From positions 62,001-126,000 of the forward strand of contig BAAIJX010000017.1 of assembly GCA_054600435.1 (NCBI GenBank): a stretch of 64,000 nucleotides of DNA, written 5' to 3'. This DNA is from Neophaeotheca triangularis (taxonomy: Eukaryota). The position numbers were made by a program, and so were the translations under genes. Below, in pieces: positions 45,574 to 60,100 of the stretch (position 1 is the first letter of the stretch; every line of letters starts with the position of its first letter). The notes under the pieces are model-generated. The model had not been told where the DNA came from. It made no database searches and saw nothing but the letters and a program-made list of their open reading frames with translations.

Positions 45574-48500
45574 TCAAGCCAACGACTGCGCCTTAGCCAT
45601 ACTAGCATACAACCCGCCCTTGGCAACCAACTCCCCATGACTGCCCTGCTCGACAATCTTCCCCTGATCAAAGACCAAAATCTTATCCGCATGCTTGATA
45701 CTTGCCAAACGATGAGCGACTATGACCGTCGTGCGGCCTTCTGCTGCAGCCTCCAGAGCCTCCTGCACGTGTTTCTCGCTGTGAGCGTCCATGGCGCTCG
45801 TTGGCTCGTCCAGGAGCAGGATTTCTGGGTTGCGGACGAGAGCTCGCGCGAGGGCGACGCGTTGCTGTTGCCCGCCGGAGAGTTTGGCCGCGCCGGCGTT
45901 GGAGCTGATGTCGGTTTCGTAGCCCGAGGGCAGGCTGATGATGAAGTCGTGGAGGCCGCATTGGCGGCAGGCTTGCTGGATGTCTGTGTCCGAGACTTGT
46001 TGGTTGGCGGTGGCGCCGAGGCCAATGTTGTAGCTTAGCGTGCCTGGGAAGAGTTCTGGGTCTTGGGAGACGAGGGAGAGGCGGGAGCGGACGGTTGTTA
46101 CGTCTTGGGAGCGGATGTCGGTATTGTTGAGGAGGATGCTGCCGCTTGTCACGTCGTAGTACCGTTCCATTAGCCCGATGGTAGAGGATTTGCCTGCGCC
46201 TGACGGACCGACGAGGGCGACGGTTTGCCCATTCTCGACGGTGAAGCTGACGCCGCGCAGAGCGGGTTGAGAGTCTTTAGCTGAGTACCCGAAGACGACG
46301 TCTTTAAATTCGAGGCAGGTGGTGGTGGGTGTGCTGGAGCTGGGAGTAGTGGGTGCTTTTTCGGCAGCGGGGTCGTGGTCAGGACCCGATCCATTCGTCG
46401 ACAATATGGTTGGTTCCGAGTCGAGTAGCTTGAGGATACTCTTTGCAGCAGACTTGGCCCTGGTAATCTCTGGGCTCAAGCTGAAGAGCTGACCAGCGCC
46501 TTGAGCTGAGAACAGCAAAGCGGGTAAGACGATGAAGAATTCCTTCTGTCCGTACCAGCCCTCCCGGACATTCTTTGCACCCCACCAATATGCCAGAGCG
46601 TATACAAAGTATGTAATGGCGAAAGCGAAAGCCAGCAAGACGTTGGAAATTACTGTAAAACGGAGGCCCTTCTTGTAAGGCTCCTTGAGTGACGCCTTGT
46701 ATTCGTCCAGGACGCCCTGCTCTCGGCCAAGTATGACCACAGTACGAATGCTTCTACAAGCTTCGGAAGCCAGGCTTGCCGCTCGACTGTATGCGGTGGT
46801 GTGGCGGGCTTCCGACATTTGCAAAATCTTCAGCCTAGAGTAGCCTGATAGTAGAACAACTGGAACGGCGGAAAGCAGCACGACTGCTATTCTCCAGGCC
46901 ACGATGTGCGCCAGGATAATGCCACCGCACATCGATACGATGACGGTAAAGATTGTGCCCAAAGCAACACCGGAGAGGCATGCGAGGTTGGTAGCGTCGT
47001 TGGCCATTACAGCCATGAGGCTATGTACTGAGCGATCTTCGTGGGAGAACCAAGCCAAGTCCTGTCTGAGGATCGTTGTGAGTGACTGCATCTTTACTCG
47101 TCCCGTGAGGCGGGTGGAGGCTATGCCAAAAGCGCTGCCACTTGTTGTGTAGCAGGTGAGTGCCACTAGCGAGAGGACAAAAAACATCAGACAGAAGAAG
47201 TTGGCTCTGCTGCGGAAGTCCGGATCTGTCGCGCCTTCATTCAGAAGCTCGATCAAGTTACCAAAGACGATTGCTTCTCCCACAATGATCAGGCCTGTGA
47301 CAATGGAAGCGACTAATCCGAGACATATTAGTGGCCAGTCTGGTTTGACCAATTTGAAAAGCTTGGGAGCCACCTGGCGGAAGCCTTGCGGTGCTGATGT
47401 GTCTGCGGAGTCTGCTTCTTCCGTTTCGTCGTCTGATGGAGCCGCCTTGGTATCTAGGGAGTCGTCGGAGTCGGATTCTAGCGGACTCGAGTCTTTGCCC
47501 AACATGTCTGCCGAAGAAGGCGAACGCTGTCCTGTGGCCTCTGTTTGTTGCGCCTTTAGCAGGCCTTTAAACACCTCGCCGTCTTCTGCTAGCTGCCTAG
47601 GCGCGCCTTGCTCGACCACCTGCCCATCGCTGACGACGACCACACGATCGGCGGCCATGACTGTGGACAGCCTATGGGCTATCATGACGACAGTGGTCCC
47701 TCTTTCGGAAATTCGCTTTACCAACTCAGCAACAAGAAGCTCGCTTTTGGCGTCCAGCGCCGAAGTGGGCTCGTCTAGGATCAGCAATGCTGGGTTTTTT
47801 ACTAGGGCTCTGGCAAGACATATTCGCTGTCGCTGACCTCCAGAAAGCTGCATGCTGCTCCCAATAGGGGTATGAATGCCCTGTGGTAGCTGTGGGAGGA
47901 AGTCAACTGCGGCATCTTTGACTGCCTGCTCGCATCTAGCCGATACTTCTTCATCTGATAAGCTGGTGTCGAGGATGCCATGCCGGATGTTGTCGTAGAT
48001 TGTGCCAGAGAAAAGCACACAGTCTTGCTCCAGAACTGCAATTTGCGACCGCAGAGTCGACGACTTGATGTCGCGAAGTTCCACGTCTCCCACTTTGACG
48101 TGGCCGGAGTAGGAATCGTAAACCTGCATTAGTAAAGAAACGAGGGTACTCTTCCCCCCACCCGATGTGCCAACGACCGATGTGAAGGTGCCAGACTCCA
48201 ACTTGAGGTTGAAGTTCTTGAGCACCTGAACGGTGGGTCTCGCAGGGTATCCAAAATCGACGTTTTCGAAGGTGATGTCGCTGCCACGGACCTCGACGTC
48301 CTCCAACTGCTTGCGGTTCGATCTGGCTTCGTCCGCCTTTCGACGAACTTCAAATAGATCATTAATCTCTTCTCCGGCAGAAGTGGCTCTCGCAAAGATT
48401 TCGAGAAAGGGAGCAAAGTTTCCAACCACAAAGGAAGCATCCAAGATGAGAAAGACGACGGCGTAAACGGTGCCTGCGTTGCCGCCACCACTCTCTGCCG

Positions 48501-49891
48501 ACATTTCGCTACCAACGTAAAACGCGAGTGCGTTCGCTGCGTATGCGATGAAGAAGACGCATCCCAGCATCATCGCCGAGACGAGATCTTTCCGTATGCT
48601 TGTGCGTGCCGATAGCTGCAGTCGAGCTCGATGAAGCTCGCTGATTTTGCTGATGACATTGTAGGCTTGGACAACCTTTACAGCCTTGATGGCTGACTCT
48701 GCGAGGCTGCTGGTCGATTGACTTTCGTCGGAAGCTTTGCGTGAGAGTTTGGACACTGTAGTCGATCCTATCGCAACGACCAGAATCATGGAAGGAATCA
48801 CCCCGGCGAACAAGATTCCAGTGAGTTTAGCATTGAGAATGAAACCCACCACAAACGCTGCGACAAAGTAGCTGATCGACTGGATAAAGATGCCGACTTT
48901 CTCGGACGTCCCGGCTTGAATGGTCTCAATCTTGCCCGTCAAAAGACCGGTGACATCGACGTCGTGGGTATCGTAGTAGGATTGATCCAGATGTAAGAGG
49001 CAGTCCAGTAACCTTTGCCGCACTCGTATCGAGATTTTCTCCCCACTCAGCCCGAAGCAGGTAGTGTAGCCGGCGGTCACGACGAAATATGCGACCGCGA
49101 CCCCGAGCAGCTGGCCTACTCGAGTCTCCATCTCATCTTCTGAAGGCGGAAATGAACCAATGATCTGGCCGAAAATGACACCAATGATTGGTAGGGGCAC
49201 GCCAGCAGCCGCTGCCAGTACGACACCTAGCACAGCAATCAGCCGGTCAACTAACGTATCCAGTGGCCGGTAGAGCCCTAGAAACGAAGTCTTGAACGGG
49301 TTGAAGCCCAGGATTTGGCGATATAGCTGTTTCGACAGCGTCTGAGCGGCCGGGGCGTGCCATGATCGAGGATGAGCTGATGAACCGAGAGCATTCGTAT
49401 CATCGATGCCTGGACCGACTTCTGCATAAGATTGTCGCTGGCCCTCGGTCTGGCTTGATAAAGATCCTCTGGGTTGCGAGAGGTTCAAAGAACGTCTTGG
49501 AGACAGCGATTGTCGTTTGGTGCGTGCATTGTCATGAGGTTCCTCGATAACGACATCCCTCCCCCGAGCACCTTCTGTCATGCCTTCTGCAGACGAGACG
49601 TCGAGAAATGCCGGGCGTGAATGCTGGCTGTCGAGGCGATAATAACGGTATTGCGATGAGCTCGAACTGCTTGTTAGGGCATTGGGCCGTTGGAATTGAG
49701 ACAAGTCCTCCACCAAGGATTCGAAAATCTCCCAACAACGACGTAACAGGGAATTGCGCGTGCCTAACGATTTCGCTTAGCAATAATGTCAAGGTGAAGG
49801 ATGATAATGCGCAGGTGCGCGACAAAGAAGAGAAAGAATATGCCGGTCGCTTACTTGCATGCCTCGAATCATGCGAAGAGGAAGCCTCCAT
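45574..49891 (-). CDS. Full-size ABCB/MDR transporter (TMD-NBD)x2 inside the siderophore cluster, 2 exons
   Basis: Walker A GTSGGGKST and GPSGAGKSS, signature LSGGQ twice, Walker B LILDEPTSA/LLLDEPTSA; upstream exon MEASSSHDSRHA joins in frame via intron 49764-49854. Confidence 0.93.
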
Positions 49892-50163
49892 GGTCAGGTC
49901 AGAAGCACTTCTGCTTAGGCCCGTGAACGCGCGAATTGTTTCCCGGCCGCCGTCATGTTGGAAGGTTCGGTCGGCGACCTCGGTATGCAGACGGACGGAC
50001 AGGGTTTAGAAACACTATTGCAAGTTCCCCACCACCAGACGCAGACCCTCAAACCCACACGTCAGAACCTAATTGATGTGCGTGCAGTGAAACCGTTGGA
50101 CTCGACGGGAGAGTCTTGGCGGAGAGTTCGAGTCTTAGTTTTTCTTCGATGCGTCGTACGATG

Positions 50164-50202
50164 ATCAGATTAGACCATCTGATTAGTTGGACGATCTGAT
50201 TA
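50164..50202. promoter_or_regulatory. Three clustered ATCWGATTA sites (SreA-type variant) in the divergent ABC/NRPS promoter
   Basis: ATCAGATTA 50164-50172, ATCTGATTA 50177-50185, ATCTGATTA 50194-50202. Confidence 0.7.
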
Positions 50203-51182
50203 CGAGTGCCTAGGGACGTGCTTAGGTAGTTCCCGTCCGTACCTCCGTAACGACGACGCTCCAAGGGCGTGCCAGCAAGCTCGGGCGGTTACTACTGCAC
50301 CACGCAAACACTGGATCCGGTTGGACATGTCTGGCAATCATGTCCTCGTGCGATGTCGGTGTGTGCCCGGGACATGTTTATGGCCGAGAAATGTCCACAC
50401 TGGTGCTTCCGAGTGGACCACTTGCTAATAGCAAGACCTTGCTCTGTCAAAGGGGTGTACTCGCTTGTGCCTGCTTGGTAGGTAGGTAGGTAGGTATTGC
50501 TCAAGCGCCTGGGGAGTGGGAGGAACACACAATGGCTGGTGAAGCTTCCAACTCTCTGCTGGTACTTTCGATGGCGGGGAGGTTGTGAGATAAAGTCAAT
50601 GTTGACCGATGTTTTGTGAATACCAAAGGTATTGGTACATACTACATGTACCTTACCAGGTAGATTCAAGTAAAAGAAAGTGGTGGGACGCTAGCAGGAA
50701 ACGTCGGCAAGGCCTCGGTGAATGTTCAGCCAGTCCAGTACTGTGTAGTAGTATGTAGTAGTATTATCTACCTCCATCAGACCTAAGCACTGGCCACGGG
50801 CCTCTCCAATACCTTATGTCGACAATCTTAACTACTGTACTACTGTGGTACTAGTAGGGTGACAAGGTGACAACAACAACAACTTGAAATGAAGCTACTA
50901 CTACTACTACTACTACTTCTACACACAAGCGAGGCCAACGCCGTCTCACCTTCACCGTCATCATACTCGTACTCACCTGCAGTGTCCAGGCCCTGTTTCC
51001 ACTAACTGTGCCCCACAACACGCTGCTATTGCTGGATCTGGTTGTTACCGTTGGAGACTCGTCAGGCTGATGTTGGCCATCTGTAAAAAGTCACCTGATC
51101 AATAACCTCGCGACGTCCTTGTCAGTAGGTGGTACAGCAGAGCAAGTGCTCGATTCTCAATAACACGCATTCAGCAGCAACC

Positions 51183-54100
51183 ATGACGGACAAACTCGCA
51201 ATATTGAATCCTTATCCGGAAAAGCAGCAAGGACCGGCTCTTCTTCACCACTTGCTACGGCAAGATCAAGACACTGAAACAACCGCCATCGATTTTTCTG
51301 GACCGGATGGCGAAAGGACATCCTACAGCTATGGCGAGATCCATGAACGATCCAATCACCTGGCTAGGCAACTCCTTTCAATCAGGAACACCTTGCCACC
51401 TTCGGCCAGATTTATCGTACCACTTTACATACCGCAATGCCCGGAACTATACATATCGCAGCTGGGAATACTCAAGGCCGGGGGCGCCTTTTGCCCGATC
51501 CCTCTCGACGTGCCAGCGGAGAGGTTACGATTCATCCTACAAGATGCAGAGGCGAGGATCTTGATCACGACCAAGCATTACCGAGATCGTTTGCCTGAAT
51601 TGCAAGACGTTGCCACCATCATCGTGGATGAACTCCAAAGACCAGATCATGAGGACCCAAGCCTCACACACGTTGAGATAGCGGGCTCTGACCCGGCATA
51701 TGTCATGTACACAAGCGGTAGTACAGGCCAGCCCAAGGGTGTTCTTCTGTCGCATAATGCCGCAACGCAAGCTCTACTGGCGCACCAACGCCACATACCA
51801 TTCTTTTCGCGATTCTTGCAGTTCGCAAGTCCCACCTTCGACGTCTCTGTTTTCGAGATATTTTTTCCCCTGTTCCGCGGTGCGACCCTGGTCGTCTGCG
51901 ATCGAAAGCGTCTTCTAGACGACCTGCCTGGCACCATTAATGCCCTCGGTATCGATGCCGCCGAATTGACACCGTCGGTGGCTAGTAGTCTGTTGCGTGG
52001 CAGAGAAAGCGTTCCGCAGCTGCGTGTTCTACTTACTATTGGCGAGATGCTGAAGAGGCCAATAGTGGAGGACTTTGGCGGTTCGGAAGACTCCCCTGCG
52101 CTCTTGCAGGGCATGTACGGACCGACAGAGGCGACAATACATTGTACTTTGCAGCCTGATTTCATGAAAGACATGTCTGTGAACAATATCGGTGTCCCTT
52201 TGGATACAGTCTCCGCGTTCATTGTTCGCCCAAAGCCTGATGACAAACCGCAGAGCTCAGTAATAGACATTCTGCAAATTGGAGAAGAAGGGGAGTTAGC
52301 GGTCGGTGGTCATCAACTTGCTGATGGCTACCTGAAACGGCAGGAGCAGACAGACGCTGCTTTCGTGCCCCATCCTAAATATGGCAGACTTTACCGGACG
52401 GGCGACAAGGCGCGGATGCAGCCTGACGGTCGCATATATTGCTTGGGCCGTATTTCAAGCGGTCAGGTCAAGCTGCGAGGTCAGGTAAGATAGGAACCAA
52501 TGTCCCCGTAAACTTCAAAGCTAACCCCTTCAAACAGCGCATCGAACTCGGAGAGATCGAATACGCAGCATCCCGAACGCCAGGCTGTCGAGATGTTGTT
52601 GCAGATGTCATCGATTCAAACACTCTCGTGACCTTTTGCGTCCGAGAAAACGGCGCAACCAGTGAAGATGACGTTCGCAACACTTGCAGAGAATGGTTGC
52701 CCGCATATATGGTGCCACAAGAGGTGTTACTTCTCGACAGTCTACCGTACCTCGCTTCTGGTAAGATTGACCGGAATAGCCTGCGCAATGAGTTTCTGCA
52801 GAACAGGCGATCGCAGTCGTCCGAGACTGAGCCCAACACACAGCAGCAGAAGTGAGTATTGCCGTCTCCGTTCCAAGCATCATGGGATCATGCTAATAGA
52901 AGACCAGGCACCTTGTCGAAATCTTTAGCAGAGCACTTGGGGCCGAACTCAGCGTTGATACTCCACTTGCTGCGGCTGGCGTCGATTCTCTCGGAGCAAT
53001 ACGTATCACCTCACGATTGAGACAGCATGGCTTTGGACAAGTCTCTGCTGTCGACGTACTTGAGTCAACATCTATACTACAACTTGACGAACGGCTTCTC
53101 TACAATGGCTTGACGGACTCACCAGAAACCCAGGTGCTTCCTTCATCACATGACCATGAATTCACTGCAGAGATTCGAAATCATCCTCTGGTGCAACTAG
53201 AAGTCGAGAAACTGCAACATGCATTTCCATGCACAGCAGCTCAGGCCGCCATGCTTTCTCAGACTGCTAGAGACCCGCAAGCTTATTGCAACTGGATCAA
53301 CCTGACCGTTGAAAGCGGCCATGAGCAGCAACAAGTGATGGATGCTTTGCTGAATGTTGCGAAGAAACACGAGATGCTTCGTTCTGGGTTCGTCTCGCTG
53401 AACAGGTCTGACATTACGCACGCGACGATTGTTTGGACAGAGCTCTCGGATAGCCAAATCCAGACCGCAACGCAAAATCATCCTGACTTTGAGCTTCGGA
53501 CGGAACTGGACTTTCTCAGACCCTGCCGGTTCAAGCTTGTGAACACTCATGGTAAAGTGGGTATAATTTTGCAGATTCATCACTCGCTGTACGACCAGTG
53601 GTCCATCGATGTTCTACGAAAGGACTTGGCAAGTTGCCTTGCTGGATCCCAGCTACAGTCCGCTTCGTCGTTCCAAGCCATCTCTGAGCACCATCGAAGC
53701 CAATTGACCAGCAAATCCGCTTCTGCCTCGGAAGACTTTTGGGAAGATCATCTTCGTGGATGTGCTGCGACTACCCTCCCACTTATGCGAGGAGACAGAG
53801 TATCTCCCCATCTAGGCCGAACGTCATGGCAACCACTTGATCTCGGTCAAAGTCTGCGAAAGGATCTTATCAGAGACTTAGGCATCAGCCCCCACGTTGT
53901 CTTCCAGGCTGCCATGGCTTACATGCTCAGCATGTACGTTGGCAACCCTGATGTCACATACGGTACCGTCTTTTCCGGCCGGCATCTCCCTGTTGTTGGC
54001 GTTGAAGACGTATTCGGTCCGTGTTTGACTACCCTACCCTCTCGAATCGATCTCGCAAGTTGCCGTACCTCGCAGGACCTGTTGCAGACACTACATGAGC

Positions 54101-57100
54101 GCAATCGTGCGATGCTCAAGCATTCACTGACACCCCCTGCTGTCGTGAAGAAGGCTAGTGGTCTGGCCCCTGGGGCTACGCTTTTCGATTCGCTTTTCGT
54201 CTGGCAAGAGAGCACAGTGACACAGGAAGCTTCCATCGCTGTGAATGAGGTAGACTCGGCAGACTACCATGAGTTCTCATTGGTACTGGAATTTGAGCCC
54301 ACGGCAGCGGGTGTGCAGGCTCGAGGTACTTACCAACAATCTCTCATGAGTGCAGAGCAGGTGGCTCTGCTTCTCAGGCAGATCGCGAACTTGGCTCGAT
54401 GCATGCTTGATACCCCAAGTGGCTTGATCAGCGAGCTGTCTTCCTCCTTCCCTGAACCGCTACTGTCGGCTTCGAACCCTAATCCCAGCCCATGCGAAGA
54501 CGAGCGTGGTATTGTTGGAGCGATTCAGGAAAATGCCCGTCTTCATCCAAAAAGCCCAGCTCTCGTTTTCGCATCGACCATTACTGGTAACAGTGCCGAG
54601 ACAGAAACTCTGAGCTACGAACAGCTTGATGAGAGATCTAGTAATCTCGCTTCTACGATCTCAACCATTGGTGTTTTGCCCGGCGACCTAGTTTGCATCT
54701 GCATGGAAAAGTCGGCCAACCTCTACATTTCTATGTTAGCCACGCTCAAAGCTGGAGCGGGCTACCTACCCCTTACCCCTGAGACGCCGATGGCAAGATG
54801 TTCAGCCGTCCTCGACCAGGCTATTGTGAAGCTCTGCATTTGCGACCACGGGCGAGCTGAGTCCTTCCGTACCATCACGAGCGCCACGGTCTTTGACGTT
54901 GAACAGGATGAATGGGTTGCCGATGCAACAGACTACACCCCGACTTCACACGTCGGCTCTAACGTAGCCTATACAGTCTTCACGAGTGGCAGTACCGGCA
55001 CGCCAAAGGGTGTCTCCGTCACCTTTGACAATCTTCTCGGCAACCTAGCGGTTCTCTCGGAAATTTACCCAGCCGAGCGTGGCGACCGCATGCTACAAGC
55101 CTGCTCTCAGGCTTTCGACGTTAGCGTTTTTGAGATCTTCTTCACTTTCTACAAGGGTATGACGCTTTGCACCGCTACCCGGGACACACTTTTCGCCGAT
55201 ATCGAGGCCGGGATTCGCGCCCTGGACGTGACGCATCTTTCGATGACGCCTACCGTTGCTGCTCTCGCACGCCCTGAGCAAGTGCCCAAAGTCCGGTTCT
55301 TAGTGACTGCTGGCGAGGCTATGACTGATCTGGTCCATCAACGGTGGTCTGGTAAGGGCTTATACCAGGGTTATGGCCCGTCCGAGACCACCAACATTTG
55401 CTCTGTGCTTCCGGAAATGCAACTCGTCCATCAATTGGGTAATGTCGGTCCGCCGTTTCGTAATACGTCGACCTTTGTGGTACCACCTGGAGACAGCCTT
55501 GATGTTCTCCCCAAGGGCGCTTTCGGTGAACTCGCGTACGGTGGACAGCAAGTCTTCCCCGGCTACATTGGTAACGAGCAGCTCAATGCCCAGAAGCTTG
55601 TTGACCACCCGGCGTATGGCCGCCTTTACCGGAGTGGCGATATGGGCAGACTCCTCCCAGACGGCAGCATCTCTATTGGTGGAAGGTTAGACGACCAAGT
55701 AAAGATCAGAGGCAACCGAATTGAGCTCGGTGAAATCACCTCTGTCCTGATGCGGGACTCTGCTGTTTTGGACGCCATCGCTACGGTCATCACGACTGAG
55801 TCTTCAGGGCAGCGCCTCGCCGCCTTCTGGGTACCCAACGACGTTTCCCAGAGCACATTCCGAGTCGTAGACCCTCAGCATGGCCCGGCACAGCATACTG
55901 GCCAGCTGTACCAAGCTCTCGAAGCAGCTTTGACGGCCTATATGGTCCCAAGCGTTATTCTACCGGTCACGGCTATGCCTCGCACCTCCCAAGGCAAAAT
56001 CGACAAAAGAGCGCTGGAAGCGGCTGTGAAAACCCTCGACGATGCTTTTCGCACAGCATACTCGCGAGCAGTGGACGAAGATAGCGACGACGATGACGAA
56101 GCCGACTGGTCTGAGATGGAAACCACGCTCGCCAAGCTCTTTTGCGAATCTTTCGGGATTCCCTCGACCTCTGTGAAGCGCACTTCTTCTTTCTTTGCGC
56201 TCGGTTTGGATTCTCTGAATGCCATTGCCTTTACGAGAGCTGTTCAGGGCAAGATTGGGTCGCATGCAAGCATTGGCGTTGTGCTCAAGAATCCGACCGT
56301 GTCTCGACTCGCCCGCGCATTGTCGGATACGACGCCTCACTCGTCTTCCAAGCAGCTGCAACGCGTCCGCGAAGTTTTCCCAACGGATCTCGTCCAGCTT
56401 GTCAAAGATGAATATGCCGCCAAGGGCAAAGCAGTGGAAGCAGTATTGCCGTGCACACCTTTACAAGAAGCCATGCTTTCCGCGAGTGCTTCCGCTTCGT
56501 CGTCCGCCTACTCCAACATCACGGTGTTGCGTATCAACTGTGATGTTGATCTGATGAAGCGCTGTTGGTCGCAGCTTTTGGCGCGGCAACGTATTCTGCG
56601 GACTCAATTCGTCGAGACGCCGCTTCCTGCTCACCCTTTTGCGCAAGTTCAACTCGGAGACATTGAAATTCCATGGACCACGGTTACTGTTCACTGTCAG
56701 GCCGTCGACATGATCATCAAGGAAGCGCTTGATCAAACGATTTCGAGCACAGTAACGGCGACGGCTCCTCTTCAATTGGTTGCTGTCCAGTCGCCGGTTG
56801 GCTACTTCCTGTTGCTGCAGATGCACCATGCAATCTACGATGGCGTTTCCATGTCAGTTCTTATAGACGAAATCGAGTCACTTGTACGAGGCGAGCAACT
56901 TCCGGCCCCGGTTTCAAGCGAGCCTTTCCTGGACGAAGTACTAGCACATGGCGAGCAAGCAGCGTTGGAGTTCTGGTCTACAACTGTCAAAGACTTCTCT
57001 CCAAAGCCCTTCCCAAAACCCAACGAGCCCTCACAGACAGAGGATCAGGTCAAAAATTTCAGGCTTGAAGTATTCGGGCAGGAGCTTTCCGACTTCACCA

Positions 57101-60100
57101 AGCGCCACACAGTCACTGCTCTCAGCGTCTTCCAAGCAGCAGTCGCGAAAACATTATCGAGTTGCCAAGATAGCGCAGACATCTGTTTCGGCAACGTAGT
57201 TAGCGGGCGAACCGTATCAGTCCCAGATGTTGACCGCTTGGCCATGCCCTGTTTCAACACGCTGCCAGTACGAATCGACACTGCGACCAAGCGCAGCAAT
57301 ATCGATCTCATCCGCTCCTTGCAAACGCACAACGCTCAGTCGAATTCCCACCAACTGACGCCGCTCCGTCGCATCCAGCGCTTGTCAGCATCCCCTTCAC
57401 AGGGCCTCTTCGACTTGCTACTACTCGTCCAGCCGCCCAGCAAACCGCTCGACGAGAAAGTCTGGTCATTGGTCGACGACAGAGGAGCGATGGACTTGCC
57501 GGTCGTGCTTGAGATTTTTCCCGAGGGAGAAGGCTTCAAGGCTACTGTCCATTGGCAGAGCTCGAGCGTCAGTGCCGTAGCCATTGAGGCCTTAATTGAT
57601 GTGTTCCAAGTTTCTCTGAAGAATTGTCTGCAGTACCCTTCGAGTAGCACCTCGGACGTCCGCAGCCGCACGGGAGATAAAGCTGCGGGCATCCTGGCAC
57701 CCGACCCAGACGGCGTCAGGTCGATCACCAACGGTCCGAACTCTTCAGACAATGGCGTCGATTCCACTGAAGAGTGGACAGAGACCGAAACCACTATACG
57801 TGCTATCTTTGTGCAGATGTCCAGCGTCCCGGAGCGTAAAGTTGGCAAACGTACTCCGATCTACTCGCTGGGTTTAGACAGTCTGAATGCTGTTCAAGTG
57901 GCTTCGCAACTCCGCAAACGAGGTCTGCAAATATCCGCTGCCGATGTAATGGAGCACCAGACAGTCGCCGCTCTAGCACGATTCCTCGCTACTGGCGGCG
58001 ACAACGAGCGCACAAGCAAAGTCATCGTTGACCTCGAGGCGTTCGACAAAGAGCACCGAGACAATGTTTGCAACCACTATGGCTTGACCTCCTCGCATGT
58101 ACAGGCAGTGCAACCCTGTACGCAAGTGCAATGCGGCATGCTGGCTCAGTCGTTGAATAGCGAAGGATCGCTCTATGTCAACCATGTCTCCTTCAATACG
58201 CCCTCGGAGCTTCAGACTTCCAACATCGAGGAAGCATGGAGGACGGTCCAGCGCAAGCACCAGCTGCTACGGGCTGGATTTTATCAAACTGAACATGCCG
58301 ATTGCCCTTTTGCTACCATCATATATACGCCTACCTCGGCCGCTACCCCTATGACGACGGGAAAGGCCTTCGGTTGTCTTGAGGATGCGGAGTCCGCAGC
58401 AAGCCAAGCGATCTCTGGAAACCTCCACTCTTTCGCCTGGCAGGTCAGTCTGGCCGAAAAATCTGGCAAAAAGACTATGATCGTTTCAATGCACCATGCA
58501 CTCTACGATGCAGACAGCCTGCAAGTTGTCTTGGCCGATTTCTCGCGAGCCCTGCGTTCTGAAGCTTTGGGCTCAGAGCGCAGTGTCGATCCTCTGCTCA
58601 AGAGCGTGTTGCAGGAGACGGAGAGCTGTCGTCAAAATTCTCAGGCGTTTTGGAAAGATGCCGCAAGCACTGCTAGGTCAGTGTTCCCACATTCATGGTT
58701 TTAGTATTGGAAATATCGCTAACACAAGCAAGCGTAACAAACTTCCCGAATCTGACGCCCACCGTAGTCCCCACCAGCGAACAGCGTTCAATCAATATCC
58801 ACTCCTCAAGCACCATAGAGAGCCTCAGAGCTTTAACTGCGCAGCACAGCACCACAATCCAGGTACTCGGCCAAGCAGCATGGGCCAAACTACTGGCCGC
58901 GTACGTTGGCGAGCACGTTGTCACTTTCGGGACAGTCCTCTCTTGCCGCTCCGATACCAGTCACGAGGGCTTGGTCTTCCCCGCAATCACTACGCTACCT
59001 GTCAGCTGCAATACCGACATGACAAGCAACGAGCTTCTTGCAGACATGGCAAAGTATAATGTTGGGCTTCAGCGGCATCGATGCATGCCCCTTGCTGAGA
59101 TTCAAAGACTTGCCGGCGTCGATGACAGGGCATTGTTTGATAGCGTCTTCGTTCTGCAGACGTCTAGCGCAGGCAACAGTGACCGTTTGAGCTGGGACAT
59201 GGTTCGAGAGACGGCTGGTGTTGACTATGCCGTTTCGTTGGAACTCGAGATGCTTGAAGGCGGCGTGCTAAATTTGCGGCTGACTTTCGATACGGCGAAG
59301 GTCGCTGAAGCGCACGCTACGCTGATCTTGCGGCAATACGACGAACTGCTTAGCGGTATTATGCAGGACAGCGGTGAAGTTAAACTTTCCAAGAGTCTGC
59401 TCTCAATCTTGCCGGCGGGAGAGCCTACCATATCTTCAGACGTCACGCTGCTCCACGAGTTCGTTGAAGCATCTGCAGCCACTTGTCCGGGTAAAACCGC
59501 TCTCGAATTTGTGGACGCGTACGAAGGCAAGGATATCAACAGCAGGTCTTGGAGCTATCAGGAGTTCAATGCTCGCTCAGATCAAGTCGCACATCTCCTC
59601 ATGAGAAGCGGCGTTTCTACCGGCGACATCGTTGCTGTCTGCATGGATAAGTGCCCAGAGGCTTCTATGGCTTTTGTTGGCATTCTCAAAGCTGGCTGCT
59701 CTTTCCTCGCAATTGATCCGGACTTACCCAGCGCTCGCCGACAGTTCATACTGCAAGATTCAGGAGCTCGACTCATCCTCCTCGATCGCCAAGACAGCGA
59801 GCTCGAGAGCTCTGAAGTTCCCACGACGCCACTCGTCTTGTCTGAGAAGCTCATCGAAGCGCAGCCGCCGACTCCGGTCAAGAACGTCACGGTGAAGCCG
59901 ACTGATACATGCTACTGCCTATACACGAGCGGCACTACCGGCAACCCCAAAGGCTGCGAAATTACCCACGAGAACGCAGTTCAGGCCATGCTAGCATTCC
60001 AGAGACTCTTCGCCGGCCGGTGGGACGCCTCGTCCAAATGGCTACAGTTCGCGAGCTACTGGTTCGACGTCTCGATTCTCGAGCAATTCTGGAGTTGGGG

